Part shown: positions 25,761 through 39,960 of the stretch, in pieces | How positions within the stretch are numbered: the first letter of the stretch is position 1 | How the letters are laid out: each line of letters starts with the position of its first letter | NCBI GenBank assembly: GCA_964016885.1 | Contig: OZ024740.1 | Location: forward strand, 186,744,001-186,808,000 | Direction: 5' to 3' | Origin: Eledone cirrhosa | Lineage: Eukaryota | DNA: 64,000 bases | The notes under the pieces: generated by a model | Databases searched by the model: none | What the model saw: only the letters and a program-made list of their open reading frames with translations | Told to the model about the DNA's origin: nothing | Translations under genes and position numbers: made by a program

Positions 25761-27425
25761 TCAGATTTGGTAGTAGAGGGTGGGGTGGAACTGTTGTTTA
25801 ATACCAACTGCATAAAGTTGAAAGGCAAATTTGAAACTGTCTCAGAACAGCAAGAGAAAGATTTTCTGAAGTGATATTTTATGAAAGTTAAAAGAAGTAT
25901 AGATTAAATATTCTAAATATGGAAGAATGGAAAACCAAGGAGGATTTCACCTCGTATCCTAAAGGGATATAACACTCTGCATAGCAATATAAATAAAACA
26001 GCATGTTTGTCTGTTTCCATATTTCTAGTGTAATACATATAACACAAAGTACTTTTTCTGACACTCAACTGATTCTGTCATGCATAAGTGTTTCTTTTAT
26101 TTTTGACAGTATGGATATTCAAATTTTACATTATAACAAAGTCCACTATCTCTAGACTTTCAATTTTAATTTAATTTTTGTTGGTTTAAGAGAATTTTAA
26201 ATTTCATGTAAATGAAAATTTATTGATTTTTATTATGAATAAATAAACAAGAACTGAAGTTAAACTGCAAAATTATATCAATACTCTAAAACTTGATCAT
26301 TTATGACAATGTCTCGATGTAAAAGAATTTTCAAGTAAACAGCAGAAAAGACTTTGCAATTATCAATAGAGAATTTGTTACTTTGTATCTGTTTGTCATA
26401 TATGTATGCTGTATTATTTCTTCTGTTGTTCCATCTTATAAGAAAAGATAAGAATTTCTTTCTTATCATAAACAATAGTGTCATATGTGATATTGAAATG
26501 TGGCTTTATTGAACACAGTTTGTTACAAAATTTAATAATACAGGTAATAATACACTTAGCATTAAAAGATAAAAACGGTACTACTAATTTATAGAATCAA
26601 TTGGTGATTTTCAAACACAGAAAAGAATGTAGTGCAGAAACTGAGAGACATGATATATAGGTCCCCTATTTTTTTCTGCAAAGATGTCTCCATTTTCTTC
26701 TTCTTGATCCTTTTCCTACATTAGTCTAGTCTTCTTCCAGATGTTTGCTATCTAGATAAAGATGATGCTCACACAAACATATAAAGAAGGGTATGGAGCA
26801 ACTAACTTTATAGATTTACCACCATTCTCTCAACCGAGACTGAGTTGCCAGTCACTCAATCAATTAAAGGTGGCCCCCATGCCCTAATACTTATTATTTT
26901 ATCCTTCTTGTGGTTTTGGTAACTAGACTGCAGACAAGCTAGGGCTCTGCCTCAATTTAGACAATTATCGACAGTCGATCGACTTTCGTCAAATCAGACC
27001 GAGGAAACGATGTTTCCATCGGTCTTTCCAATTGCTAAAAATTATATCAACACATAAAATTAATTTTTTCAAGTCTGGTATGTAATTTATCTATCTTCTT
27101 TTTGTTGAACCATTGGGTGACAGGAGATAAGCACAGACAAACATAATATAGATATATATATATATAAGACAACTCACACAAAGACACATACAAAATATAT
27201 GTTAATGAAAAATAATGTTTTTTTTTTACAGGCTAACCACTAGTTCTCTTTTGATGGTGTGAGTGACAAGGGAACTACTATCTCAAGGGATTTTGTCGGT
27301 AATATATCTGTTTCTTTATTTTATTGTTGATTCTATGTCTTACATCTATATATATATATATCACCAAAACCTATAGGCAAACACACACACACACACATAC
27401 ACTCACACACACCGAAATATATATA

Positions 27426-28002
27426 TACATGGCTCGCGAGTTTCGTGGATGATCATTTGTCCGGGTACCTAAAGGTCGACTGATGGTTCAGGAAGCGTTC
27501 CTTAAATCAGCCCTCCGCCATGCCCACATAGTATTTGACCTCAAGGACTCAAGTATAGATTACTCCATTCAATGGAAAGGCATCACTAAGTCCAAGCCAT
27601 ACGCAAGGGGCAATCCGTCTTGTGGACTGTATATTGATGAACAGATAAATATTCTAAGGAGATTACTCAATAGCGATTGCCTAAATTCAAGAAATGAAAT
27701 ATTCACATGTTGTCCACATGTCTGGAAACACCTCTTACATGACTACAAATCTCTGGATTGAATAACAACAACATTCTAATTTTCTTATCAACTCAAACTA
27801 CTTCTCGGACTTTCGCAGTTAATTCCATTACACCTATCATCCATGGCATTGTATCGCTTGGGTGAAGTAACCGTTTTTGCACATGCAAGTTCATACGCTT
27901 GTTTTTCCTATTCCGTATAACCATGACGAGTACGAGCTGAGGATCCGCTTAGGTGAAACAGTTGTTCTCGGTATGGTGAACTAACTGTTGTGTTACCACT
28001 TC
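27426..28002 (+). mobile_element. PLE family C 3' fragment with an inverted 5' segment (27426-27532)
   Basis: Minus 27532-27426 reads YVGMAEG*FKERFLNHQSTFRYPDK*SSTKLASHV. Plus from 27531 reads VFDLKDSSIDYSIQW...CGLYIDE...LNSRNE...CPH. Flanked by TA tracts. Confidence 0.85.
27920..27977 (+). ncRNA. Type I hammerhead (family C)
   Basis: accat..cgag-CTGAGGA-t-cc-gctta-gg-t-GAAA-cagttg-TT/ctcg-gt-atggt; GUU triplet and near-palindromic minimal stem III. Confidence 0.75.
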
Positions 28003-28072
<70 letters not shown>

Positions 28073-28609
28073 TAAATGTGACCGGTGCTTTAAGAAAACA
28101 ACACCAAACTTCAGCACTCAGCATATCAAAAATCGAAATAATAGAAGTAAATTTTATTCCATTGTTAAGTTTTTCTTTTTTTTCTGTTCATATTCTGTCA
28201 TATCTGATGCATAATGGTTATCACCGAAATATATATAACAGTGAATATGAATAAACGAAGTTAATTTTAACCTGTTGACTTACACTTCTTGTATATATAC
28301 AACCCATGCTAGCGTGGAAGATGGACGTTAATCCATGGTGATGATATATAAAGTAAACAGAAATAACAAAACAAACAACACAGTACAATGAAGAAATATA
28401 TTAGTTTAATTCTTGATACAACAGGAAAAGAGTCTTAAAGTTTCAGAAATAGAAAGATAGAGCAGGCGAAGAGGAAGGAACAGAAACATATTTCTTTAGA
28501 ACATACTAGTGTGCATTCAGTCAGCCATTTTGAAAATATACATGTACGTATATATATATATATATATATGGGGGGGGGGGGGGGGGTAAAGCAGAAGATA
28601 AAAAATAAT

Positions 28610-28752
28610 AAATTTCAGGCATTTTTTGCAGCATCACGAACAGAAACATTAGGTGTTCAGTATTGCGAGGTAGTGCATTAGGGAAAATTGTGATGTCATT
28701 GGTGAGAAGTGTGTCCATGATGATAAAGGTGCACTTGCCCTCACAGGCATCA
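28610..28752 (+). mobile_element. Decayed internal RTE fragment
   Basis: Translates VFSIAR*CIRENCDVIGEKCVHDDKGALALT, matching the 55.0-kb part of the intact RTE. Confidence 0.7.
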
Positions 28753-30263
28753 CTTGATATGTGATATCTTTTGTATTGCATAGCATGGCTAACCATAGCT
28801 GAAAAAACAATACCATATTGCAACACCTATTGTGAAAGGCCCCCATTGTTGCAACAATGTGCAAGTCCCTAACAAGACTAAAAATCCACAGCTGTGCTGC
28901 CCATTCTTAAGTATCAAGCAATAGCATTACTCGAAACCAAGTTGCAGTCATCATATATGTATGTATATTTATCAAATGATGTAAGTTAGCCACAGTGATT
29001 ACTTCTTAATTATTGGAACTGTTACAATTATGTGACTTAGGATTTTCAATTATTTTCATTTAATATTGCAATTTGAAAATAAAGCTTTATTCTGTTACAA
29101 CATTTATGAATTGGCTAGAAGCGATGGTTCACAATCATTATTCTTGAACAAATACAGGATTTGAGAGTTCAAGTTTTATGATTGCAAGATACTGTACTCC
29201 TCCTGTCCCCTCTTCCCATACTCACACACACTCTTCATCCCCAAATTATATAAAACTAGATATTCAATACCTTTCAACAATTGCAAAAAAATGATATCAA
29301 GAGACAAGCAATAAATAGGATTGCAACAACAAATAGTGAAATAAATTTCATCACTAACAAGAGAGCTATTTCAATGAAATGAAGAACCTTTTCAAGAAAT
29401 AAATGCTTGTTTCCTCGACATGGCAAATAACCTCAATTTACAGCTGAATAATATTTTTTTTAAAAATAAACTAGAGAAATAAATAAATGAAATTATAATA
29501 AATTTGCACTTGTACATTGAAAAAGATATTTCAAACTGGCTCAGCAAATGTACAATGCCAAATTGCATAGTAATGATTTCATGCATTTTCTTCTTTTAAA
29601 TTTATTTATTTCATTGCTAACTGAAATTCATACAACATCAAAGGACCATTCTGAATAACAAAATGGAATTTTAGATAGAATTCCTTTAAATTTTGGTGAT
29701 AATTAAGTTACTTTCTATATTGAAATATTCTTTTACTAACTTAGCAATTAAGGTACACTTGTCAGCTGACCTAAATGTGGTTTTCTATGATATCAGTGGC
29801 TATGGATTTTCAAAGTGTTTCATCAATTAGCTTCACATACCCCAATCTATTCAGCTTAACTATATGATGTGTGAAAGTTGAAATCCACAGAGCCAATCAG
29901 TAAGATTTCTCAAAGTCACAGTAACCTTTTGAAAAAAGATTTAGCATAGAGTACTGAAAAATAACATTTTAATACCATTTCCCTTACAGGAAAACTCCAA
30001 CACTGAAACTACATACCAACACTTCAATTACAAACCTTGTACCTTTGATTTTTCTATTTCACCAGAGTCAAAGTATTTTCAAAGTTCCTCAACTTCTATT
30101 GATAATACACAGTTTATATGAACTAGCTAACTCTTAAAATCCTGTAATGATTTAACAGAGAATATATAAAATTGGATCTGTTAATTCAAATGTTTATGGT
30201 ATCTTTACTAGTAAGCAAATTGTTGTGTAAGTTAGCAGCATAATAAAGTATAATTAAGGATTT

Positions 30264-30365
30264 ACCATATATACTCAAATATAATCCGATCCAAATATAA
30301 GCTGACTCCTTATTTTATGTCTGAGAAATGGGCAAAAATCCAAACCCCATTTATAAGCCGAGGCA
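30264..30365 (+). mobile_element. pogo/Tc2-like DNA transposon end, decayed
   Basis: ta|ccatatatactcaaatataatccga with repeated tataagc(t/c)ga motifs resembles CCGTATATACTCGAGTATAAGCCG termini. Confidence 0.45.
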
Positions 30366-30774
30366 GGTATACAACACATTATGTTTAGATAATATGGTTT
30401 TGAAATTCTCATGAGTGGAGTATATATTTATGACATTTTAATATTTTGATATTTAAAATGTTTTAAGTGTCATTTAGAGTATAGTTTTTGTTGCACAACT
30501 CTATTATGTAATGATTTTTTAAACAATTTCCGACCATTTTTAAGGCGATATTCATTCAAAACATATCGAAAACAATAAGAAATGTGAATGTCATGTCGAA
30601 AGTGAAACTGGTGAAATATTCAACTGAGCAGTTGCACACCCAATTTCTTAACTACACAGCCATGTCTAGAATGGCTTTCTATATTCTTTGAAAATATTCA
30701 TAGAAACATTGCAAGCAGGGAAAGTGAATGTAAAAAAGGCTGATGATGATGATGAGGATGATATATATATATAT

Positions 30775-31368
30775 AGCATGGGAGGGGGGTGTTCCGAGGC
30801 CATAGTATCTAGAATAAGGACGGGTTGGAAGAAGTTTAGGGAGCTGCTTCCTTTGTTGACAAAGAAGGGTTTCTCCCTGCATACAAAAGGATGGTTATAT
30901 GATGCCTGTGTGAGATGCGCGATACTGCATGGTAGTGAGACATGGGTGGCAACTGCAGAGGATATGTGACAGCTGGAGAGAAATGAAGCAAGTATGCTCC
31001 GTTGGATGTGCAATGTCAATGTGCATGAATAATCAATTATGGACGAGTTGAGAAAGAAACTGGGTATAAGAGGATTAAGTTGTGGTGTGCAGGAGAGAAG
31101 GCTGAGATGGTATGGACATGTGATGTGTATGGAGGATGACCACTGGGTAAAGAAGTGCCAAGAAATCCCAGTAGAAGGAAGATGCAGTAGAGGTAGACCA
31201 CGTAAAACATGGGCGGAGGTGGTGAGAGCAGACCTCAGATTGCTGAAACTCACCAAGGAGATGACGAAGGACCGTGACAGGTGGAGAGATGCTGTGCTGA
31301 ATAGGACCCGTCCAACCCTTGCAAGCAGGGAAAAGCGGACGTAAAATGATGATGATGATGATGATGAT
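30775..31368 (+). mobile_element. RTE 3' fragment, short-3'UTR subfamily
   Basis: GGGCSEAIVSRIRTGWKKFRELLPLL...HGSETW...RRLRWYGHV...GRPRKTW; two stops; (GAT)n tail; TA tracts on both sides. Confidence 0.92.
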
Positions 31369-32316
31369 ATATATATATTGTTATATTTGGGGATCATCAT
31401 GTTGTCAATATTGCCAATGGAATGAAACACACACCATATAATTTTCACTTCATATGTTGTTTGTTATTTATTTTTTTATCAAACTGCTTTCATCACACTT
31501 TCAATGACCTTCCCAAAGATTATCTGTTTTGTCCCTCCTCTTTTTCCTGGTCTTTAACTTCTACTCTATGTTGTCTTGTGGTATGTTTTTCGTTTTGTGT
31601 CTGTGCATGCGTTTGCACCTGTGTCTTTGTGTGTGTGTATGTGTTTTTGTGTTTGTCATGTTTATGTTACTGAAAGATGAAGGGGAAGGAGTGAGAGGAG
31701 TTGTATGACTGGAAATCAACAAGCTTAAACTCAATATGTAACTTATGAAGAAACCTTAGTGTTGAAATCAAAAATATTTATATCAATAATTTCATGTTTT
31801 ACCAAATATAATTTCATAATATCTATTTCCTTATATAATCCAATCGTGTGAAATTATTGTGGCTAAAAATTTGTTTGTACTGCTGTATGCAGTGCTTCAA
31901 ATACTCCAGATGATTTAGGTTGCAAAATGAAGTTATCCAATTAAACAAAGTATTAAGGAATCATTTATATAATAAAATAACATACGCCCCCGCCCCCTTT
32001 CACACACACACACATACACATATATATGTATTTATACATGTGTGTGTGAGAGAGAGAGATGTATTTTAATAATATAAGTAAACAGGCCTTTAAAAATGTT
32101 GAATTAAATAATTGAATTTAATATATATGACACAAAACATTTTAAATGGAAATCTACAATATTTGGAATTTGATGAATTTATTTGTAGTTTGTTGTAGAT
32201 AGATTACAGGGAGAGTAGATAAAAAATACTCATATGTCTATCTGTTACAGCATACTCACACATGTATACATAAATACACACATGTAGGTTATACTATACG
32301 TACATATATATATATA

Positions 32317-34150
32317 TCATCATCATCATCGTTTTTACATCTGTTTTTCCATGCTCGCATGGGTTGCACACATCCTTAGTACAGTATCTCTCTACTTGTC
32401 TCATTCCTTTGTCATCTCCTCTGCCAGTCTTAGCTACTTGAGGTCAGCTCTTACAACCTCTGCCCTGGACTTTCTTAGTTTTCCCCTACTGCAGCTTCCT
32501 TACACTGGGATTTCCTGGCAATTTTTTATCCATAAATCATTGTCCATGCACATCACATGTCCATACCTACACAGTTTTCTCTCTTGCACACCACCTCAGA
32601 TTCCTCTTAAAATCAGCTTTTCCCACAGCTCGTCCAAACTCTGCCTTCCTCTCACACTTACATTGCACATCCAACGAAGCATGCTTGTTTCATTTCCTTC
32701 CAGTCAATCAAGTAATCTGCAGTTACAGCTAATGAGCCCATGTTTCACTACCATCCAGCATCATACTCCGTACACAGGCATCACACAGCCTTTTTTTTGT
32801 ATGTAGGGAGAAACCATCCTATCCTTATTCTAGCTATGATACTCTCAATGCACCATCCACCACTTCTAATTAAGTTAACTAGAGAGCAGAAGCTATTAAC
32901 CACATCTGTGACTGGAAGAGGTTTATATCATTGGCACTCTTCTTCTCAATTACTCTTGTGCATTTCTACATGCAAACCTCCCTTCCAGTTAGTCTACTTA
33001 TTATCCTACTACATGTTTTGTGTACCCAAGATTTACATTGTGTACATTGAATGGAGTTTATGCCTACTAATTTTCTACATATTGAGCATGGCCACAGCCC
33101 TGGGGGAATCAATCTGGGTCCTATCTTCTTTCCTACTAACTAGCACTTTAGTCCTTGCTAAGTTTACTCTCAGACCTTTGGATTCCAAATTTAGTTTCCA
33201 TAATCAGAATTTATTTTCAAGTTATTTTTTGGTTTCAGCTATAAGGACCAAATCATCTTCATTAAGAAGCTTCCATAGCATGAAGAACAATGATTAACAG
33301 AATTGAAACTTAATGAACTCTTAACTGTACCTTGAATTCCTCACGAAACTTACTTCCTACTTTCATTTTATTGATACCTCCTCTGTGCATAGCTTGCACT
33401 GCTTTCCCAAGCCATTCTTCTACTACTAATTTCCTTAAGAACTACCAGAAAATAGATGAAATTACTCTGTCAAAGGTCTTCTCTCGAATCAACAAAAGCT
33501 AAATAAAGTGGTTCATTTTTGGCTAGGAACTTCTCTTGTAGTTGCCTCACTAAGAAGAGGGCATCTATAGTAATTTCCCCAGACATGAAACCAAACTGCA
33601 TCTCATCTATTTTGATTCTTTCCCTAATTAGCTGCACTATAACTCTTTCTGTCACTTTCATAAATTGGTCCATTAGTTTTATTACTCTATAGTTGCTGCT
33701 TTCTTGAGCATCGCCTTTGCTCTTGTAGCAATTTATGATGGTACTGCTGCACCAGTCATTGGGTATACCTCCATTATGTATTATTTGATTTACTGTATGG
33801 GTTATTAGTTTGACTCCTACCACTCCCGATACTTTTAGCATATCAGCAACTATTTCTGATAGTCCTGCAGCTTTACCACTCTTCATGTTTTGATTGAGTC
33901 TTTGACCCTAAAACTGTCAACTTCAATAGCTGCTCCTTCCTTTGGGTAAGTTGAGAGTAGTTTCTCTTCCTCACACTCATTCTCTGCATTCATCAGTCTC
34001 TCATAGTAACATTTCCAGGTTTTATTTCTAACACATCTTTCCCCAACAACATCTCAATTTACACTAACATACTGCCTTCCAATATGGAACACTTCATGTC
34101 TCTGGTCCTTACATCTCAAGACATTGGCAAATTTACTTTCTTCAACCTCA
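32317..34150 (-). mobile_element. Older decayed RTE copy
   Basis: ORF 33470-33886 (MKSGKAAG...QFGF...LAFVD); (ATC)n tail at 32317. Confidence 0.85.
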
Positions 34151-34330
34151 TCATCAAAGTTTCACATACATTTTTCCATTTGTGCATGGGTTAGATGGGT
34201 CGTCCACCTTATGAGACAAGTCTTGATTGTTGGCCACACTGTACCTTAGTGGGACCATATTTTGACTGAATTTGTATGGCTGCTGGATGCCCTTTCTAAC
34301 ACCAACCACATTTACAGTATATATATATAT

Positions 34331-37042
34331 ATCATCATCATCATCATCATCATCACCGTTTTACGTCTGTTCTTCCACGCTAGCATGGGTTAGACGGGTT
34401 GTTCTGTTGTGGGCAGTGTCCGGTCGGCTGACCTTATCGTGCTCATACAGGAACTGATTCTGGCTTGATTTCTACAGCTGGATGCCCTTCCTAACACCAA
34501 CTTCATTTACAGTAAGCGCTGGGAGCTTTTTTTCTGTGGCACCTCCACGACCACATTGCAGTGGGAGGGTGTGGGGGCATATTGTCTATATGCTTCAGCT
34601 TCAGCTTGTACCCATGAGGGGTCGGGTATTCTGTATTACTGTGTGAAGCCAGAGGTTACGGTAATGTGTCATCACCTTTGAGAGGTGTAATTGGGTACGG
34701 TCGGCTTTTATCACCTCATCCCAGGTCTTCTTGGATCTCCCCACTCCGGTTTCCATTGACTTCTAATGCTCTGCACCTTTTTATGCAGCTGTCATCCTTC
34801 ATACGCCTCACATATCCATACTAACGCAACCGCCTCTCTTGCCCACAGCATTTGATTCCTCTTATGCTCAGTCTCTCTCTCAATTCATTTATGCTTTGCC
34901 ATTCGCGTATATTACTATTACACATCCATCGAAGCATGCAGGCTTTGTTTCTTTCTAATCTACGCAAGTCTTCCACATTCAGTGCCAACGTCTCACTACC
35001 ATGTGACATTGCTGTTCGTATACACACATCATACAGTCTGCCTTTCATTTTGAGGGAAAAGCCTTTTGCAGTTAGCAGTGGCAGTAGCTCCCTGAACTTC
35101 TTCCATCCCGTTCTTACCCTAGTTATTGTACTTTCTGAACACCCACCTCTGCTGCTAATTCGGTCACCTAGGTAGCAGAAGCTGTCTACTGTTTCTACAG
35201 AGCCCTCCCAGAGATTGGTGGTACTTGTTTCCTGTGGCTGTTTGCTGCTTGCTGTCCCATCACAGCTGCTACATGTGAAGCCTACATTCTTAGTTAAGCT
35301 TCCTGAGATCCCGGTTACATCTCTTGTGTACCTATTGTTTGCATTTGGGGCAGAGAAGGGAGTTCCTACCTACACCTTTCCTACATACTGAGCAAGGCCA
35401 TTTCCCTGCCTGAGGGGATCTGGGTTCTGTTTTCTCGTCTACTTACTAGGACCTTAGTCTTTGTCAGGTTGATTTTGAGACCCTTTCTTTCTAGACCCTG
35501 CTTCCAAGTTTGGAATTTCTTCTCTAGTTCTACCATAGATTCAGCTATAAGTGCGAGGTCATCTGCATACAGGAGTTTCCATGGGCATCCGGTCTTAAAC
35601 TCCTCCATTATTGCCTGCAGGACTATGATGAACAGGAGATGGCTAAAAACAGAGCCCTGGTGGACACCGACCTGTATGCTAAATTCCTTGCTATACTCAT
35701 TGCTAATCCTAACTTTGCTGACTGCTCCCCTATACATGGCTTGTACAGCTTTCACAAGCCATTCATCTACTCCTAGCTTTCTAGGAGCCCATCAGATTAT
35801 AGCACAGGGAACTCTGTCAAAGGCTTTCTCGAGATCAACGAATGCCAGGTAGAGTGGCTTACTTTTAGCTATGTACTTTTCCTGTAACTGCCTCACAAGG
35901 AAGAGAGCATCAGTGGTGCCTCTTCCTGGTACAAACCCAAACTGCATCTCATCTAGTTTCACCCGGTCCCTAATCAACTGTGCTATAACTCTTTCTGTTA
36001 CTTTCATGACCTGGTCCATCAGCTTTATACCACTATAGTTTCCTCTATCTAGTGCATCACCTTTAGCTTTGTAGCAGTTGACAATGATGCTACTGCACCA
36101 ATCCTTTGGTATGACACCTTCTAGTATTACCTGGTTAACAATACGTGTGGTTATAGTGTGACCTACAGACCCAGATGCCTTCAGCATCTTGGCAATTATA
36201 CCCGATGGACCGGTTGCCTTCCCCGTCGTCATATCTTTGATTGCCTTAATTACTACACTGCTGCTGACTTGTACTGCCGGCCCCTCTATAGGGTCTAGTT
36301 GGGGTAGGGTCTATTCTTCCCATGCATTCTCCTCCTTTAGTAATCTATCATAATGGTTCTTCCACGCATCTTTCTTCTCAGCACTTGTGAGGGCAAGCTT
36401 ACCTTTATAATTCCGGATACACTTCTCTCCAATGACATCACAATTCTCTCTGACACACTGCCTCGCAATTTTGAACACCTCCTGTTTCTGGTCCTCACGT
36501 TGCAAATCATGGTTGAATTTTCTATCCTCTGCTTCCCTCCTAGCTAAGTATACTTGTCACCTAGCTTCCCTCCTGGTCTCTATGTAATGTACCCTGCTTC
36601 CCCCATTCTTCCATTCTTTTCATGCATGTCTCTTGGCTTTCACTGCCTCATCTACCTTATTGTTCTACCACCAAGTCACTCTCCTCCTGCCTGTGGTCTT
36701 ACTCCAGCCACAGATCTCATCCGTTGCCTCTAGTAAGTTATTTTTTAGGAACTCCCAGTGCTCTTCTACATTGAATGTCTGTATCTGTTCTTCTTTACTG
36801 TCGTAGGCGTTTAGTAAAATATCTTTAAATCTGTTACTGGCTAAGGGGTCTTTCAGCTTCCAGAGCTTTCTTCTCCAGGTTGGTCTCTGTTTCCAGGTTC
36901 GTCTAGTTCTGACTCTGAGGTTGCTGACAACTAAGCTGTTGGGAGGTATATTCCTCACTAGGGAAGGCTTTTGTGTTTAAGACCGTCCATCGGTCACGTC
37001 CTCTGATGAGGATAAAATCTATCTGACTAGAATGCTATAGGT
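34331..37042 (-). mobile_element. 5'-truncated, frameshifted RTE copy with long 3' UTR
   Basis: ORF pieces at 34821-36958 are collinear with the intact RTE (FVDLEKAFDRV, GVHQGS, YADD); (ATC)n tail; TA tracts at both ends. Confidence 0.95.
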
Positions 37043-37083
37043 ATATATTTATTTATATGTGTGCGTGTATATATATATATATG

Positions 37084-37130
<47 letters not shown>

Positions 37131-37136
37131 TAAGCG

Positions 37137-37177
<41 letters not shown>

Positions 37178-38665
37178 TAAGCGTCAGTCATACAAAAGTG
37201 AGTTACAAACGAAACGAAATTTAATTTCGTTTCGTTATTTGTTTTTATATATATATATGTTATATATATATAATTAAATTTAATATAATTTGTACAAGTC
37301 TCATAGATTTATAGTAAGCTCCAAATCTACAATCCAAGATATTGCAAGGTGATAACATGTCCACTGCTTTAATGAAATTATTGCTCTTAAGAAAAATTTT
37401 AAATTCCACAAACCCCTTTTTTTACACTACCTGTACAAATTTTGGCTCCTTTTATACCTCTATAACAGGCAATAGGAACCCACTACAGATTGATCCCTTC
37501 CCTTTTGTTTACGATATGATATAATGAACATAAGATCTTTTTTTACATCTGTATTGGAAGAAGTGATCTGTCGTTTATCTTTGAGACTGATGAGAGATGG
37601 AGTTGCTGCAGTAGAAAGCAACTCCTCAAAATAGCCCAGCACCTATGCCAAGTCTGGCGACCTTGTCTGAAAGTCTGCAATAGAATGGACTCTTCTAAAG
37701 TTACCAAGTCTCTGAAGTGGTGTTAAATTAGGTGAACCACCCAAAACAGATTTTCTACTTTTCTTCAGTTAAAGATTAAATAAAGCAGTGTTTGGTGTTA
37801 TACCACTGAATCTTGAATGCTGTGTATTAACCTTTCAGCTGACAAATCTGTCATATTTGGACAACATAACATGATTTCTCAAGAAACAAGAATTTATCTT
37901 CTCACTTTATCAGTTGTGAATGAAAAGCCAGAGAAATGAAATTTGTAAATCAATTTCACGATACAAGTTATGGTTTAACCTTCAATTCAAACCAATGTAG
38001 TAAATCAGCAAAAGAAAACTTTACTTGTAATTTGCTAAAGTTTTTGGTAATTGACCAAGGATTGACAATTCTCTTAAGGATATGGTAGATAGTTACAAAT
38101 GATTATTGTTACTTTTGATTTAAAATATTGTTTGATCATGCATGAAATAGAATGTTCAGAGTAATTGCAACTAAAGTGAAAATGGTATTATAAAGAGTGA
38201 TATTCTAGCAAGTGATAAGTTGGCCATAAATAAGAAAGTGTGTGTGTCTATAAGTTGTCTTTATTTATTTTTTTTTTATTAGATTAACATCAATATGAAT
38301 GTTAGAATGCTATGTGGTCTGCAATTGTGAATTTATTATTATTGATGTTGGTTCTTCATGATTTTGAGTTTGATTTAGTTATTTATTTCCATTTTACAAA
38401 TCTGTATTTCCATATTTGTGTGAGTTGGTTGGTTAAGAAAGTAACTTTCAATGTTTCCATTTGGGGGGATGGGGAGGCAGGGTTCAAGAACTGCAAGATT
38501 CTTTTTTTTTGTTTTTCATAATAAGATGTCACAGGTGCTTGACATAAAAGTGACTTCTATATGAGTCGGTTGCACTATAGTTAAATGTTTCATGTTTGTC
38601 TATCACACTGGCAATTTAATCATATCAACAGCATATGCTTTTAACTCTCATATGATTTGGTACTA

Positions 38666-38717
<52 letters not shown>

Positions 38718-38756
38718 ATGTATGTGTGTGTGTGAGAGTGTGAGTGAGTGTGTGTG

Positions 38757-38803
<47 letters not shown>

Positions 38804-39960
38804 ATGGATTTTAGTCTTGCAATATACTATGATATGAATATTATTGATCATTATATTTTATGAGCTGGCAGTTTATCTGAGTCCAATATTATGGCTCCCA
38901 CAAGAGATGACTATTTTTTTCTTTTAGCAATAAAAAAGTGAAAATTCAAGTATACTGGAAAGTGATAATAAGAAACTATTTCTAACATTAAGCTATTTCT
39001 TCTCTTGATACACCAATTTACATCACTTTTCAGCTTTCATTGGAATTGTGTCTTGTTGACAAAGATAATCTAAAATTCTCATTGACCTCTTGTGGTTATT
39101 TCTCAAATTCAATCTGTAGTAGTTTTACAATCCCCATAAAGTATTGGATCTAAAGTCTCTTGAGTAAAGCAATAGTGTAAGTTGGTATTGTTCAGCTTGC
39201 AAGCCATCTAATAGAATATACCTATGATAAAATTGCATTTAAATCATGACTATACCATTCATTTTGTTTTTCAAAGTATCTAGTATCTAGGGTCCCCTGA
39301 TTCAATTGGATCTTTTATTGAGCCCCCCCCCCCCCCCATCCGCAAAAAATCTAAAGTCTCTCTTGAGCTTGAGGCTCATCAGGCCATTGCTTAACTAAGT
39401 ATCTGGGGCATTAATCAACTGAGAGTACAAGACTTGCCCCCTGGACAGGATGCCAGTTCATCACATGGTTAAACCCCCAATTATTGCTACTGGTGCTCAT
39501 ATACACAGTATACTGGAGCAACATGAAATGAAGAATTTTGCTCAAGCCTAGTCCAATAATCAAAACTAGGACATTATGATCATAATGCAATAGTTTATTT
39601 TCTTTGAGAAAGATTTGGCTACCAATTCTAACAGGTCTCATAACAATATAGAAACTCTCTCATTTGCCTGAATCATATGAATGTTTCACATTATAAACCT
39701 TAAAACATGAATTTTCTGCAAAATTCTCTTAAATTGAATAAATGTATTCACTATCATTTAAATGATGTGAAAGCTTTCCCTTCATATATAAACACACATA
39801 TAAAGACACAATTTAAATTGTTATTTCACATCCATCACAAATGCAGCAGAAATAATAAAGTTTGATTCTTCATAGTCAAAATAGAAGAATAAAAAGAAAA
39901 TAAATGAAATATGTTTTAAAAAATTATAAAGCAAATTTTTGGGGAAAATTTTAGCAAAAC

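Noticed and set aside
30666-31448. 260-aa minus ORF and other antisense ORFs over RTE copies (32351, 34852, 35469, 53708-56790)
   Set aside because: Shadow frames of RTE coding sequence.
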